Positions 39,881 through 55,315 are shown, counted from the stretch's first letter. The stretch: 64,000 nucleotides of DNA from Eledone cirrhosa (GCA_964016885.1 OZ024742.1:136524001-136588000); one strand, 5' to 3'. Numbers and translations: made by a program. Notes: a model not told the origin generated them from the sequence alone.

Positions 39881-40955
39881 GTGAGTCTTCTTTGGCCAAC
39901 TGCTTTGGCCATTGATCCTCTGGATGATACGCTTCACATCCTCGACAACAAGGTGGTGTTGAAATTCACCTTGGACAAGAAGCTCATCATTGTTGCTGGT
40001 CGACAAGTGCACTGTCCGTTAAAACAGACAAGCTTCTTACCAACTGGCATTCTGTCTGATGATGAGCAGGCCTCAAGCATTGCAAATCATGTCAGTCTAT
40101 CATCTCCTGAGAGTATGACGTTTAGTCCTCATGGAGATCTGTATATCGTGGAGAGTGACAGTCACCAAATCAACAGAGTAAGAGTTGTTACAACTGATGG
40201 GAGAATTCACCATTTTGCCGGAGCAAAATCAAAATGTGACTGTGAAAAACCAAACTGTAAATGCTATGATTCTAAAGAAACTTTGGCAGCTCAAGCGTTG
40301 TTGTACACCCCAACATCAATAACAGTTACACCAGATGGTGTGATGCATATAGCAGACATGGGGAATTTGCGCTTGTATTCTATTGTTTCTGAACTTCCTC
40401 AACCTAATTTGCTCAGTCAATACGAGGTGATGTCCCCAGAGACTCAAGAACTGTATATCTTTAACAAAAACGGTCAGCACCAATACTCAATAAACATAAT
40501 GACAAATTTATTTATGTATAATTACACATACAGTGTGAACTCCTTCTATGGTAAACTGGTAGAAGTGTCTGATGCCGCTGGCAATCGCATTCAAATCAAA
40601 CGCAGCTTTGACTTGCAGGCACAGTTCATTTTGGCGCCAGATGGTTCAAAATGCATGATCAACACAGACAACATATACCTGCTGCACCGTTTTATTGCAC
40701 CTGACAACAAATCATCCACATTCAAATATCTCCCAAGCTCAGGACTGCTGGTTTCCAAGCACATGTCCAATGGGAAAACCTACTTTTATGAGTACGACGA
40801 GATGGGACGACTCCTGAAAGGGAGCCAGCCAACTGGAGAGATTACTTCACTGGAGACCGACGTGAACACAACAGGTTCCATTGTGCATGTAACTACTGAT
40901 AGCAGTGATGCAGTCGCGCTGGCTACCTATGGACGTGTGCAGTCTGTTTTGCATG
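39881..40955 (+). CDS. Ten-m: Teneurin exon: end of NHL propeller and first YD/Rhs repeats
   Basis: TACTAAC branch plus TTTTTTTCAG acceptor; VSLLWPTALAIDPLDDTLHILD...YFYEYDEMGRL...; 3' end inferred at the GC donor CATG|GCAAGT, where teneurin-like sequence stops. Confidence 0.93.
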
Positions 40956-41419
40956 GCAAGTTGGCAGCTTTTTCTACGTTTCTCTCTGCCCTACTTTCAA
41001 TTTTCCATCACCTCCCCATCAAATCCTATAGGCAAACCCACCCATTTGTTTTTACTATTTACCCAAAAGCTATATGCCTTAAAGTTTTTGAAATAGTGCT
41101 GGAATTTGAATGCTATTTTTCTACTCCAAATATTTTAGCCCTTCCCTAACAAATTTTTTTTTCTAGATTTTTCCATGTAAATAATGAAGACTTTTTATTT
41201 TATCAAATATTTTTTGTATTCAGCTGTTCTGCAACTCCAACATGTTTTTACTGAGACTAGTTATTGAAGGTTTTTGTCTGAATATCACTCATATCACAAG
41301 CAAAGCCTACATTGATAGATATGTACCTGTATAAGACATATATTTAAAGAATGCACAATCATCGCACATATGTATGCACATACATACGTATATACATACT
41401 GAGTTGTAACATACATACG

Positions 41420-42113
41420 TATATATATACATAAATACATATATATATAAATGTATACATATATATATGTAAATTTATATTATATATGTATGTGAGAATA
41501 AATGTATATATATACATGTGTGTGTGTATAAATGTATATTTATATTATATAAGTATGTGAGTATAAATGTATATATACATGTGTATATGTGTATGTATAT
41601 GTGTATATATATGTATAATTATATTATATATGTATGTATGTGAGTATAAATGTATATATACATGTGTACGTGTGTATGTGTGTATATATATATATGTATA
41701 TGTGTGTGTGTGTGTGCATGCATAACATACATACATATATATATATATATACATAAATACATGTATATATATAAATGTATATTTATATATATATATATAT
41801 ATATGTATATTTATATTATATATGTATGTGAGAATAAATGTATATATATACATGTGTGTGTGTATAAATGTATATTTATATTATATAAGTATGTGAGTAT
41901 AAATGTATATATACATGTGTATATGTGTATGTATATGTGTATATATATGTATAATTATATTATATATGTATGTATGTGAGTATAAATGTATATATACATG
42001 TGTACGTGTGTATGTGTGTATATATATATATGTATATGTGTGTGTGTGTGTGCATGCATAACATACATACATATATATATATATACATAAATACATGTAT
42101 ATATATAAATGTA

Positions 42114-42152
<39 letters not shown>

Positions 42153-42352
42153 TATATATGTATGTGAGAATAAATGTATATATATACATGTGTGTGTGTA
42201 TAAATGTATATTTATATTATATATGTATGTGAGTATAAATGTATATATACATGTGTGTGTGTGTATGTATATGTGTATATATATGTATAGTTATATTATG
42301 TATGTATGTATGTGAGTATAAATGTATATATACCTGTGTGCGTGTGTATGTG

Positions 42353-42394
<42 letters not shown>

Positions 42395-42400
42395 TGCATA
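41420..42400. repeat. ~336-bp tandem repeat (about 3 copies) of a compound TA/TG microsatellite unit
   Basis: Near-identical blocks; ORF-track entries at 41545, 41881 and 42217 are offset by 336 bp. Confidence 0.85.
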
Positions 42401-43591
42401 TGTATGCGCATGAAGCCTGAATGTGTCGGAATATAAGCAAAATACACATACACACATATATATGTATATATTGTCCTGTATGGCAAGACTAGCGCTTTGA
42501 ACTCAAGGTACAACTTATTTTTGCCAGCTGAGTGAACTGTAGCAATATGAAGTACATGGTCATCGAACTCACAACTTTGTGATCCTTAGCCAAACACATT
42601 AAACTCTAAGTGAAGCAACTCTATAAAAATATGTACATATTTTATTTACATGGCTATATTTGAGATTCATGATAAAGTAAAAATATAATTTAAAAAATGA
42701 GACCCCCTTATGGATGTGAGCCCTTAGCTTATTTAGCTTATAGGTAAGACAGAGCACTCTCACCAAATAAGTTTCTATTAGATGATTTAAGAAGTGGCAT
42801 GTGAGGTTCAGGTGTGTGTAGTTACCAGCCATTCACATATATACATAAATATGCATATGAACACATAATGTATGCATATATATGTATGTTGCGTGTATGT
42901 ATGCATTTACATGTATATTCAGGAACAAGATGTTTACATGCATGTTTATTTATGATTATGATGTAATTCAAAAGCTCTAATGTTGAATAGAGAATGAAAA
43001 GTCACTGTGATAATACTCAAACCATAACTAATACATTTTGGATATCAATATTACCAATTACGTCAAAAAGGCAACAAAAGTGTGTTACTGGTGGCATGAT
43101 CTGATATGGATTTGCATAAATCAGCATACATTACATAAATATCATAGATGATACCTTAGTCACTTAACCCACCAATATATAGTCTATTCTCCTACTGTCT
43201 GACAGAGTCAAGTATGACACTTAGATTTGATGTTTTTGATGATAATTAATGCATATCATTTTCCATCCACTTCTTACATTCTTGCATGGTTTGGGTTGAG
43301 AGATTTGCAGCAGGCTTTCTACAAGGGGATGCCCTTCCTTATACCACCCCATATATTTTTTCTTATATGGTACATACTGCTAAACATTTGTCAAACAATC
43401 ATGCTGCAGGACATGTAGGGGGATATAAACATGTCACCACACCAATTGATTTAGTAAACCATGTCAACATAAAAAGTTTGGTTACATACATAAATACTCA
43501 CACAAATATATTATTAATATATCATTAACATTTTGTATACAATTTTTGGGACAAACATAGGCTGGGTAGGATGTTATAGACTAAGGTTTGA

Positions 43592-44562
43592 TCTTATCGA
43601 GTTCCTTGAAGACATTACCCAGATCACTGACAGCGGCTCATGGGTGGATGTTGTTTACCTTGACTTCACTAAGGTTTTAATTCTGTGCCACACAAAAGAC
43701 TTATGGCGAAATCTCTGCAATGGGTGTGAAGGATGATCTTTTTAACTGGTTGAAATCCTTCATTCTCAGCGAAAAGAGGTAGTCATGGTTCTAGGACAGC
43801 ATTCTTCACCATATGAGATGTCATCTGGTGTTCCACAGGGATCTGTTCTTGGTCCCCTTGTGTTTGTTGCATACATTAATGACATAGATGCCAACTTAAA
43901 GAATGCCACAGTACTGAAATATGCAGATGACATCAAGCTGTATCTTGAAATCAAATAGACAGATCCTGAAATCTATAACTCTTTCCTACAATCAGACCTG
44001 GACACAATGCAGCAATGGATCACAGACTGGCAACTGAAGCTGGCTGTGGACAAGTGTACCACCATGCATTTTGGGAGGAAAAATCGAGCGTCTACATACT
44101 CCCTCCACAACACTGATATCAAGAAGTCCTCTTGTGAACGTGACCTGGGCATTACTGTCAGCAGTGATTTGCGTTGGACAAAGCACATCTCTAAAATTGT
44201 CAAGAAGGCCGAGGGTGTCTTGGCATCACTCAGCAAGACCTTTGTTAGCCACTCTCCAGCCATCTATTTAAAGCTGTATACAGCTATGGTACGACCACAC
44301 TTGGAATTTGCATCATCAGTCTGGAACCGCTATCTTGCTCGGAACATTGACGTCCTGGAAACTGTTCAGAGACGTGCAACCAAGCGCATACTCTCCATCA
44401 GGCATCTACCATATTCTGAACGCCTTGCTTCCCTGGGCATGGATTCATTGAAGCTCCGACATCTGGCAATGGACTTGGTAAACACCGACAAAGTCATTAG
44501 CCATCTCGCCAACAACCCTGAGCAGCTTTTTGATCTCTATGTGTCTAACACACGTGGACATG

Positions 44563-44635
<73 letters not shown>

Positions 44636-45189
44636 CATCATCATCGTTTAACGGCCATATTCCACGCTCGCATGGGTTTGGACGGGAGTTTTCCCACTTG
44701 AGGCAAGAGTGGTTGTCTTGCTCGCATAGGACTGTCTGGCGGGTTTTCTATGGCTGGATGCCCTTCCTAACACCAACCACATTTACAGTGTGGAACTGGG
44801 AGGTTTTTACCATGTTACCTACACGGCCACATTACATATGTGACTAACACACGTGGACATGCCTACAAAGTCAGAAAACAGCACAGCTCCCATGACTTTT
44901 GGAAACATTTTTTCACGCTTAGAGTTGCTGAAGCATAGAACAAACTGCCTGCGTCAGTTGTTAGCTGCCGAGACACTGCATCCTTTAAAACCCTCATGCT
45001 TCCCGAACTTCGCCAAAACTACACCTGATGTCCCCCTTCCATACACATGCACACATGTGTATATCATGGCTCATGCACTGTTCATTTTCCTGACGTTTGT
45101 ACATTACCCTATGTACTAAACATACACTTTTGATGAGTTGTAGTGCACCTGAGCACTATACACAATATTTTCATTATTATTATTATTAT
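43592..45189 (+). mobile_element. 5'-truncated CR1-clade LINE (RT pseudogene), interrupted at 44567-44837
   Basis: VDVVYLDFTK, SGVPQGSVLGPLVFVAYIND, KYADDIKLY, LYTAMVRPHLEFASSVW and LETVQRRATK motifs; frameshifts; (ATT)n tail. Confidence 0.92.
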
Positions 45190-46138
45190 AAATGGAGTTA
45201 CAGTCCTCTTAGTTGGGTGGGTTGAACATAGCTCACTCAGCTTTTTTTCATTTTGTTGTGGTTTCTACAGTTGGATGTCCTTACTAACAACAACCACTTT
45301 ACAGTGTGTCCTGGGTGCATTTTACTCTGGCAACAGCATTAAAGAAATTGTGTTATTATTGATGTATATATATATATATACTGAAAGAAACTTGTCAAAG
45401 GTACCACATAATGGGACTGAGGCCAAAATACATTGTTCCAAAGCAAATTTCTATACCGCACAGCAATGCCTGTTCATGAATAAACCTATCTGGGATACAT
45501 TTATATATCACACTTGACTATGTTAGACAGTAGCAGAATATGATATTAGTAGAGAATGCTGAGATAAAACTCTTATCTCATGAAGTAAAACTTTTATATA
45601 GAATAGTATTAAAGAATTACATGTAAATATTTTCATTGATACTTGGTATATTATGTATACAAACACATACAGAAATACGAATGTGTGCATAGGATAGATT
45701 ATGCCTGCAATTCAAAGATCTAGGCTTGTCATATATTTTGTCACATGGTGCTGGGCTTAGAAATATGATAGCACATGTGTCTATAGAGTAATCATACAAT
45801 TACACATTAATTTTACCAATAGCTAGCCAAGTTGATTGAACAACTAAATATTCATCATCAAAAATGATGGAGGATTAATCATATATTTCTTAACAGAACT
45901 ATTGACAAGCAGTTTTCTGCAGCCAAATGTTTTACCTGATGCCAACCTATATTCTATTTTGAAGTATATTATATTGTGCAGATGTTATATCTTGTGTAAA
46001 GTACTACATTGCAAGATAGAATGAATTTAACGAGAAAGGCAAGACTGTGACTATATAAACATATGTATGTATGTATGTATGCATGTGTGTGTGTGTGTGT
46101 AATATAGATATGTCTTCTTAAATCTGTGTGTGTGTGTT

Positions 46139-46201
<63 letters not shown>

Positions 46202-49200
46202 TGGATGGATGAGATCTTACTAGGTAAGTTCAATGTGTCCATTACGCAACTTCGTACTTCAACCTTAAGGAAAATAAAGCACAAGAGTGCTCTGTTAAAA
46301 TGCTCTTAATCATACTAACTAATAATATAGCTCTTATTGCTATAGTTTAGCACTGCCCAACCTACTTCATCTTTATTATGGTATAAATATGGTTGGTGTT
46401 AGGAAGGGCATCCAGCTGTAAAAGCCCCAGCTAAATGTATAGTCCCGTCAGAGCAAGGTACGGCATGACCAATCCTGCCCAGACTTGTCTCTCAAATCGG
46501 ATGACCCATCTCACTCATGAAAGCATGGGAAAATGGACGTTAAACAGTGATGATGATATACATATATATATGTGTGTGCGTGTATGTGTGTATATGATTA
46601 TATAATGTGGCTTTATGCCTTTCTGTATTGATATCTATAGCATATATTTATAATCACAAATCATTATATATTAATACAAATAAGAGCCACCCACCAAGAA
46701 TGAACAATTTCTAAATTATAAACAATTTTTTAAATGAAAAAATATGTGACTTAATTGAAAACAAACAAAAAATGACACAACTTCCTTGTTTTTTCATCAT
46801 TTAGCCGTAATATTTTTCTTTCCTTCCATGACATTTTAACCTTGATATGTATGTAAGCAATTATATGATTATTTATAATTTGTGAGAGTACAGCATTACT
46901 GAATAGTTCAGAAGGTTTCTACACAACAATCCTTAGGTCCCATTACTTGGAATCTTGGGCATGTGTTACTTACCAGAGCCTCAATTCAACCCAAGTAAAA
47001 GCAGGTTGACGGAAAGCAATTGGAAGCCAGTCCCACACACATGCACACACGCACACACACATTCATCAAGCTGAATATCTCTGAGAATTACATTTTAGGG
47101 AATGTGTCTGTATAATGCTTACAGTGCTGGCCTTGCCTATAAGTTATAGCTTAGGATTTCACACCCTTAAAGTGCCTCATTTTCAAAATCATATTTTTAT
47201 TTTATTAGTTTTTATTCTTTAACATTAAATCAACAATATATATATACATATTTTATCATTAACATTAATATAAAAAATAATAATCATGTATAATTATTTT
47301 AAATTATTTTTAGAGAAGGCCCTTAAATTTCATATAGCTTAAGACCTCAGCAGGTAAAAGTCCGATCCTGAATGCTTACCCTCTTACATGTTAATTTACT
47401 GTGTAGACAGTTGTTCTATTGATCAAACAATTCTAACACTCATTCATAGTTGAATGTGATGGAAGTCCATCTCATTCTAATTATATAAGCTACTTAGTTT
47501 TCTCTGTTGCACCAATCTGTACAGACGTGAAATGGCATCTTTGAATGAAAAAAATGGAGGGGCTGTTGATCTGAATCTCCAAATGTATTATGTTCACAAA
47601 ACTTACTTTGCCATGGCCACCATCTGTTAATAATGGAGCTTTACATACTTTTGTTTCATCTCCATTTCTTTTCTTCCTTTTCATTTATTCTGTGTGTTTT
47701 CTATAGTATTTTAACTGATATTATTATAAATAATATTAATATTGTTTTAATTTTTACTTTTCTGGTTTCCCATTGTTTTCAATTCATTATGGTTTCAAAG
47801 ATACTTTTGAAATAGAAGAAAGGTAGTGAGAATCGATAAAGTTTCATAATTGATTGAATGTGTGATAGATATGTTTATTGATTGATATTATTTTGATGGA
47901 GTTATTGTCCTACAGATTTAGATTTATATACCTACATTTTGGCACTTATTGATGTATGTGTGTGTATATTTGTATTGTATATATATATATATAATACGTA
48001 TGACGAGATATATAAATGTATATATATTTTAGTAATTCCTTTTTTGCTCCAATATGACCTCAGTCAACTGACTAAAATCATTAAATGAATGCACATCACC
48101 CATACACCCATATAAGTTATGTATGTCTGTATGTGAGACTTTACATGCATGCTCATGTGTTGGGATGTGTGTATATGTAGTTATATATTTTTGTGTACAG
48201 TATATCTGTATACATATTATTGGATATTAAATGCTTTTTCCTTGAGTAACTGATTTTAAATCTCCGGACATATTATTGAGTACTTTTACATTGAGTTAAA
48301 ATCTTGCCAACATTGACACATCCTCACATAAGACAGCTACCTGTTATGTACTGGTGTCAATATAATTAACCTTTTCTTTCATTAAAATGTTTGGCCTTGT
48401 GCCTAAATAACACATCTTTATACTGTAATGCCCATAAATTTGGATATGATCTTATGCTATGTTAGACACTATCTTCAAGCGAGTAAAATCTTTATAATGT
48501 TACTAATATAAAAGCTTAAATTCATATGCATTAATTCCCATATATATTATAAATATTGGTCTATTTACTACCATATCTATAGTATGAATAGTATTAATCA
48601 ATTCTGTTTAAACTAACATGAGATTAAATGTCATTTTCTCTTAAAAATTGTTGAACACTGAATTGAATAGCTTATAATGTTTATTCATTTCTCAGGATTA
48701 TTACACAGAGCTCTGTGTCACAATCCTTCTGATGTTAATAGATTAAGTAAACAATATGTTATGTAGTTAATTCAATCAACTATAAACCTCCTCCCTATAT
48801 ATTTGTGTGGCTTCATACTAATGTTAGAAATCATCTGTTATTACGTTTTGGAGTGGCAATATCATTAGATAGTTAGACATCATGATTTGTGGCATAACTG
48901 TACATTCTAAGTTCAAATTTCACCAAAGTTAGTTTTACTTTTCATCATTACAGCTTTACAGCACCAATAAAATAAAGTACCAGTCTATTTAATTGACTTT
49001 CCCCTCTCAAAAAATGTTGGCCTTGTGTGGTAAATTAGTAACTATTATTTTTTGGCCAGTGGTTCGGCAGATTGGTCAAAGTTTCAGACAAAATGCTTCT
49101 CAGAATTTGTTTCATTTCTTTACATTCTAAATATAGATCCTGCCAAACCAAAATCAAATTTGCTTCTCATCCAGCCATGTTCCATAAAATATAGTATGTT

Positions 49201-49474
49201 ATATACTCGCCATCAGTCAAATCAACTTCTCTTCACCCCAATTTGTTAGCCTTACGCATAAATCATATTTTTATGCACCATCTCGGTAGTGACACTTTAC
49301 TGTTTCAGTCACTCTTTTGTACCACTTTGAGTAAAACATGAATATACACATGAATATTACACATTCTATATTCATCATCATCCACACCACTCAAATCTAG
49401 CATTTTATGCATGAGTGAAGAAAGAACAAAAAGAAAATGCTTCTGTTATGATGCTGTTGATGACTCAAATCCAT

Positions 49475-49660
49475 TGGATTGACAGTATCGGTAAAGGGTC
49501 GGACGTCATGCTTTCCAAAATAGTTACGTCCCTTTACAATCTGAGTTCAAATCCCGGCGAGGTTGACTTTGCCTTTCATCCTTACGAGGTTGATAAAATA
49601 AAGTACCAGTAATGTACTGGTTAATTGCTGGCCTTGTGCCTAAAGTAGAAACAATTATTA
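49475..49660 (+). mobile_element. tRNA-derived SINE family B
   Basis: GAGTTCAAATCC B box; GGTTGACTTTGCCTTTCATCCTTACGAGGTTGATAAAATAAAGTACCAG. Confidence 0.8.
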
Positions 49661-49665
49661 TAGGT

Positions 49666-49710
<45 letters not shown>

Positions 49711-52061
49711 TACATTCATCTATAAATATCAATATACATATATACATGATTAGTATATATGTTTGTGTGTGTGTACATACGTGTTTCTATAAATTGTATA
49801 TATGTGAGGAGAGGGAGAAAGAGAGGTGTGTGTAGGTAGGAAGGAGGAAAAGTATTAGATAGGTGGATTTCTTTTCTTACCAATTATCCAATGTAGCATT
49901 TGAGACATTTTCAGTGCTTTACAGCATTTTTAATTGCCACTTGTAGAGAAGCAAAAGGAAATGGGTGGTTACATTTCATTTTCCTGGTAATTATAAATAC
50001 ATGTATAACTGTGTGTGTGTATACATGAGCATATATGTCTATATGTACATATATCTAAATATGTGTGTATATGTGAGCATGTGTCTATATGTATGTCAGT
50101 ATTCATGAATATGTTTTTATATATAAATATATGTGTGTATGTATAATATGTGAGCATATGTGTCTGTGATTGTGTGAGTAGAATAAAAAAAAAAGCAGCC
50201 ATCTAACTTAATGTATAGTGGTTGGGGGTATTGATAGTGCTGATGATAGGATGTAATTATGTCTTAACTCAATTTTTTACCTGATGGGAATTAGAATAAA
50301 GATGATACACTGATTGGAATCATGAGAAAAATGAGAAAAATCATGAAACATTGTGTGTGCATGTGTGTGGTGTGTGTATGATAGAGAAATTGAGATAAGC
50401 TGTTGTTGTGCAAGTTGGAGCATTGCAAGTACGTGTGTAGGTGTGTGTGTTCGCATGAGAGAAATTCAGATAAGCTGCTGTTGTGTAAGATGGAATTTTG
50501 TAAATACATGTGTGCATGCATGTGTGTATGAGTGTGTATGCATGAGTGTTTGTGTGTATAGACACATGCTTCTATGCAAAGTATGTACTTGTTGCTTAAA
50601 GCTACAATAACATTATATATAAACCTCTTTAATAAACTCAATATTAGTCAAATAGTCATTAATGAAGAGCTCCTTACAAAATATACTTACATACATATGT
50701 ATGCACGTATGTACATGCATATGTAGATGTGTCATACAAACATGTACGTAGATATATATAGTCACACATAGAAGTCTGCATGAACATACAAATACAACAT
50801 TAACATTCCTCTAAGATATTCACAGGTTTAAATTAATCATTATTGAAACACTAAGTAACTGGGAACAGAAATAGATGACAATTATATATTACTCTTGTGG
50901 AATTGGCTAAGCATGTCTTTGTTACATATTTTTCTAGCACTGATTGAACTGATTATTTAAAATAAGAAAATATTTCAGTATATTCTGAAATGATTTTCCT
51001 TTTCTGACACCCCTCACTTAGTAATTGTGATAGTAAAGCATACATGTTCCATTAGCAGTATATTTCTTGCTTCTATTTTCTTCATATACTATACAAATAA
51101 CTTGAATCAAACAGATATTTGTATCAAAATATTCATCATCATCATAGGTCTGTTTTTTCATGCTAGCTTCTCCTCGTAGATTGGCTGAGATCCATGTCTC
51201 ACATACATTCTGGACTTGGCACGATTTCTACAGCTTTTCATTTACTGTTTAGTCAGGGACAGAAGGACAATACTTTTGACTATTTTCTGGGCATCTGGGC
51301 TTGGTGAGAGGGGAGAAGGAAGATAAATTCTATTCTCAAAGCACAGACCTAGCTCGTAAGCTTGCTGCACGTTGAACACTGATTAAGTATTTTAATCGCC
51401 AGAGTATAGTTTTAAACTAGGCAATATATTATGTCTGCCAGCTACATAAGACAAGCCAGGATTGGAATTCAAAATGCAAGATCCGATACACAAACAATTC
51501 TGCCAATCCATGACCATGGATGAGTAATTTATATCACAAACCCATGGCATATACAACAAACAAATCTAATAAAGGCTGTACTCTAAAGCTTAGGGTTCTT
51601 TCTATCCAGACAGCATAAAATATTTCCCTATCTTATGACTTCTTGGATTATTGTTTCCTGATGAAACCATCTCTATTTCTACAGATTCTATTGTTTTACT
51701 TAACCAGATGCAATAGGCCTATTCAATCCACCAATTTAGGATATTACATATAATATATCTGTGCAGTACATATCTTGAATCTCACTGTCATTGTCCAGAG
51801 ATATATAAATCTTTTTTTAGAATTTTGGAAATCAAATATTTGTAAAATTCCAAGAATAATTTACCAACAAATGTCTCAAAATAAAAGAAACTCAATTTTG
51901 TATCCATGAAAATACTAAAACAATCCTAATGAAAATGTTATTCAACTCAAGCAAATGTGGAAATTTCTACTTGATAGTGTTACTTGTTAGAATATAACTC
52001 AGATAATAAAGGGATATAACTATATGTGACAAAGCTGTTTGATCATCTACCAAAACTGCCA

Positions 52062-52163
<102 letters not shown>

Positions 52164-52620
52164 ATATATGTATATATAGTACACGCACACACACACACAT
52201 ATATATATCAACATCAATTAATCATTTAAAATAATGCCATAAAAGGGATGTTAAGTTCTAGCTGTTATGAGCCAACCCCTTGAAGAAATTAATATTTTGC
52301 ATTCCTATTAAGATTTTGCACTAAGTTACATTCAGAGAAAAGACAAATCTAATTTCTGCAGATTCTTTTGATATGCAGATTAGAAGAGTTATAAAAGCTT
52401 TTTCCACAGATCAAATATGTGGCTCTACGAATTTGATGTTTTCTGAATTGCAATGAAAGAATATTTGTTTCTTAGATAAAGATTTCCTGAAGGCATATTA
52501 AAGAATAGAAAACAGAATGCATAAACATATGCACCATGTGCAAACACGTGTTTTAAACAAACAGGTATGCATGCATATGTCTATGTATGTATAAATATAT
52601 GTATGGTGTGTGTGTCTGAT

Positions 52621-52653
<33 letters not shown>

Positions 52654-52656
52654 TTA

Positions 52657-52726
<70 letters not shown>

Positions 52727-55315
52727 ATATATTGTATTTTCCAATTTAAACCACATTTTAAATGTGTACTACTTGATAAATATTAATTGTAGTTGATCTG
52801 TGAAGAATATATTGTATTAGGATTTTAGCTCAATAACACATTTTTCATTTCAATCTTGTTTAAAGATCAAACTCACACAATCACACAACACTCTCACATA
52901 TATACGTATGTGTGTGTATATATATGTACGTATGTGTGTGTGTATATATATATATATATATGTGTGTGAAGTTAGAAACATATACATATATATATATAAA
53001 TGCATGTTTCTAAGCATATATATATGTATATATATATATATATATATACATATATGAGAGAGAGAGAAGGGGTGTTACGACTTTTAAATTTATGAATTTT
53101 CTGAGAAAGGAGACATGATTGATGTGCTTTAGGGAAATTCAAACCACCACTTTAAAAATGGCTCTGTGAGTTTGTTGACAGATTTTTCTATGACAAAGAC
53201 CTATTTCATAGAAACTGGCTTTTTACTTCTAGGTCCATTCGTAGAATTCTAACAAAATAATAAATATATTATTAACTTACAGCTGAGTAATTGGAGTAAC
53301 ATGAAATAAAGTGTTATATTCAGGGACACAACACACCTCTCAACTTGACGATTGTAAGCCCAATTCTCTAACCACTAACTTTGTACCTTAATATAAAATT
53401 ATATATATATTTAATATATCGAGCAAATATAATGTTGAATACAACAATCTTTAATTGTTTTAGAATCACTGCTTTAGTGGGGGTCAGTCAAATCATCAAC
53501 AAGGAATTTCTGTTTACCCTATGAGTAATATATTATAGTAAAAAATGGTGCGTCATATATGGCTGGATTTTAAAAAGGATTTAATGAAGGAACAATTGGG
53601 AAACAGGGGATTTGATTCTAATCCCCCAATAGGCTATCATTATCCTATTCCCTAACAAAATATATATGTATATTCTCTAAGAATGTACAATCAATGCTAA
53701 AGGCATTTAACTTGTGGAATGACGGCATTTAGCATTTCAGGTTAATATTATTAGCCACTTACTTGATTTAGGTTTAAAATTACAAGATCTCAATCAGGTT
53801 ATTATATATCACATAATGTCAATATCAGCAGCCTTGTATCATAACTGCAGTTGCTAGAAAATCTACTGAATAAACACTGCTTGATATATTTTCCCACACT
53901 GAAATAACAGAAATCAGAATCTATGGTGGAGTATGTTACAGTGTTTCAATGTTTTGGATCAGTTTCAAAAGAGATTTCGGGATTTACAAAATCATGAATA
54001 TTCATAACTCCCTTTGATGTGACGCCAAAAAAAGTTCCTGACACCTTCCAGTTCAAATTAACTCATTTACAATATGATAATACTTTGATATCTGAATTTG
54101 ATATTTTCAAGAATTTTGAAAATTTAAATCGTCATCATTGATTGTGTGTTTGGATGATACATTTGAGGCAGCTTTTCTACTACCAGATGCCCATCCTGAT
54201 GTCATCTAATACCTTATTTCATAAATATAGTAAATGCAGTTAGACATTTGTCAAACTACGATGAAATATAATGCTCATGGGAAGATAAACAATCTCAATA
54301 CTCGTTTTGATAAACGGTGTTGATTATATTGTGGCACACACACAAACAAAAGGTTTCCTTACTGTTTCCTTCTTATAAAGAATCAAACATTGAAAATTGC
54401 ATCATTTTTTTTACCACTCAACAAAGTGAACAATTTTTCTCAACATCAAATCTAGCCAACGTTTACAGATCTCACAAATCAGTTGCTGTACCATCAATTA
54501 TATCTAACATCTCTGACAGATTCTCAAAGTAAAACAAAACCAAGTTTCACATTAAAATACATTAAAACATGTAGTATTATTTGAGATTATGTTTGTAAAG
54601 TATTATAATCATCTGGTTAATTAATCAATTATGATATTTTAATTACTATGTCTTAGTTTGATTATATGCATCCATATGAATTTGTGAAATTATTATTCAT
54701 TATTATTATCATCACAGCTTCACACCTCCCTGACCTAAATTCTAATAATAATAACAACAATAATAATAACAACAATAATAACAACAACAATAATAACAAC
54801 AACAATAATAACAACAACAATAATAGGGATCTCTGATTTAGGCACAAGGCCAGCAATTTTGGAGGATGGGAAAGTCGACTAAATCGAACCCAGTGCATTA
54901 TTGATGTTTTAATTTATTGATCATGTAACGATGAAAGCAAAGCTAACTTTGGCGAAATTCAAACTCAGTAGTAAAGGGCCATAATTCTATGCCACAAAGC
55001 ATGTTGTCCAACACTCTACCAATACTGTTAATCCACTTGATTGGTACTTTATTTATCAATCCAGGAAGGATGAAGTGCACAGCTGGCTTTGGCTGGTTTG
55101 AACTCAAAATGTAAATAAATACTGCAGGACTTTATATCCAGTTCTCTAATGATTCTGCCAAGATGAAAGGCATACATAGGTGCAAAACCACAAATTCGTT
55201 GTTGGGGTAGAATTTAGAATATCAACCACATTATTTAACTCTATTGATACTTTTTATTGATACTGGAGAAATGACAGCAAATTTGGTTCCAGCAAGATTT
55301 CAGTTCCTAATTTAT

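Noticed and set aside
44007-44651. 214-aa ORF as a host gene
   Set aside because: It is the C-terminal part of a frameshifted CR1 reverse transcriptase.
47525-47630. Short open frame MASLNEKNGGAVDLNLQ after an acceptor-like CAG
   Set aside because: Stop codon in the phase-1 frame, no good donor and no teneurin similarity.
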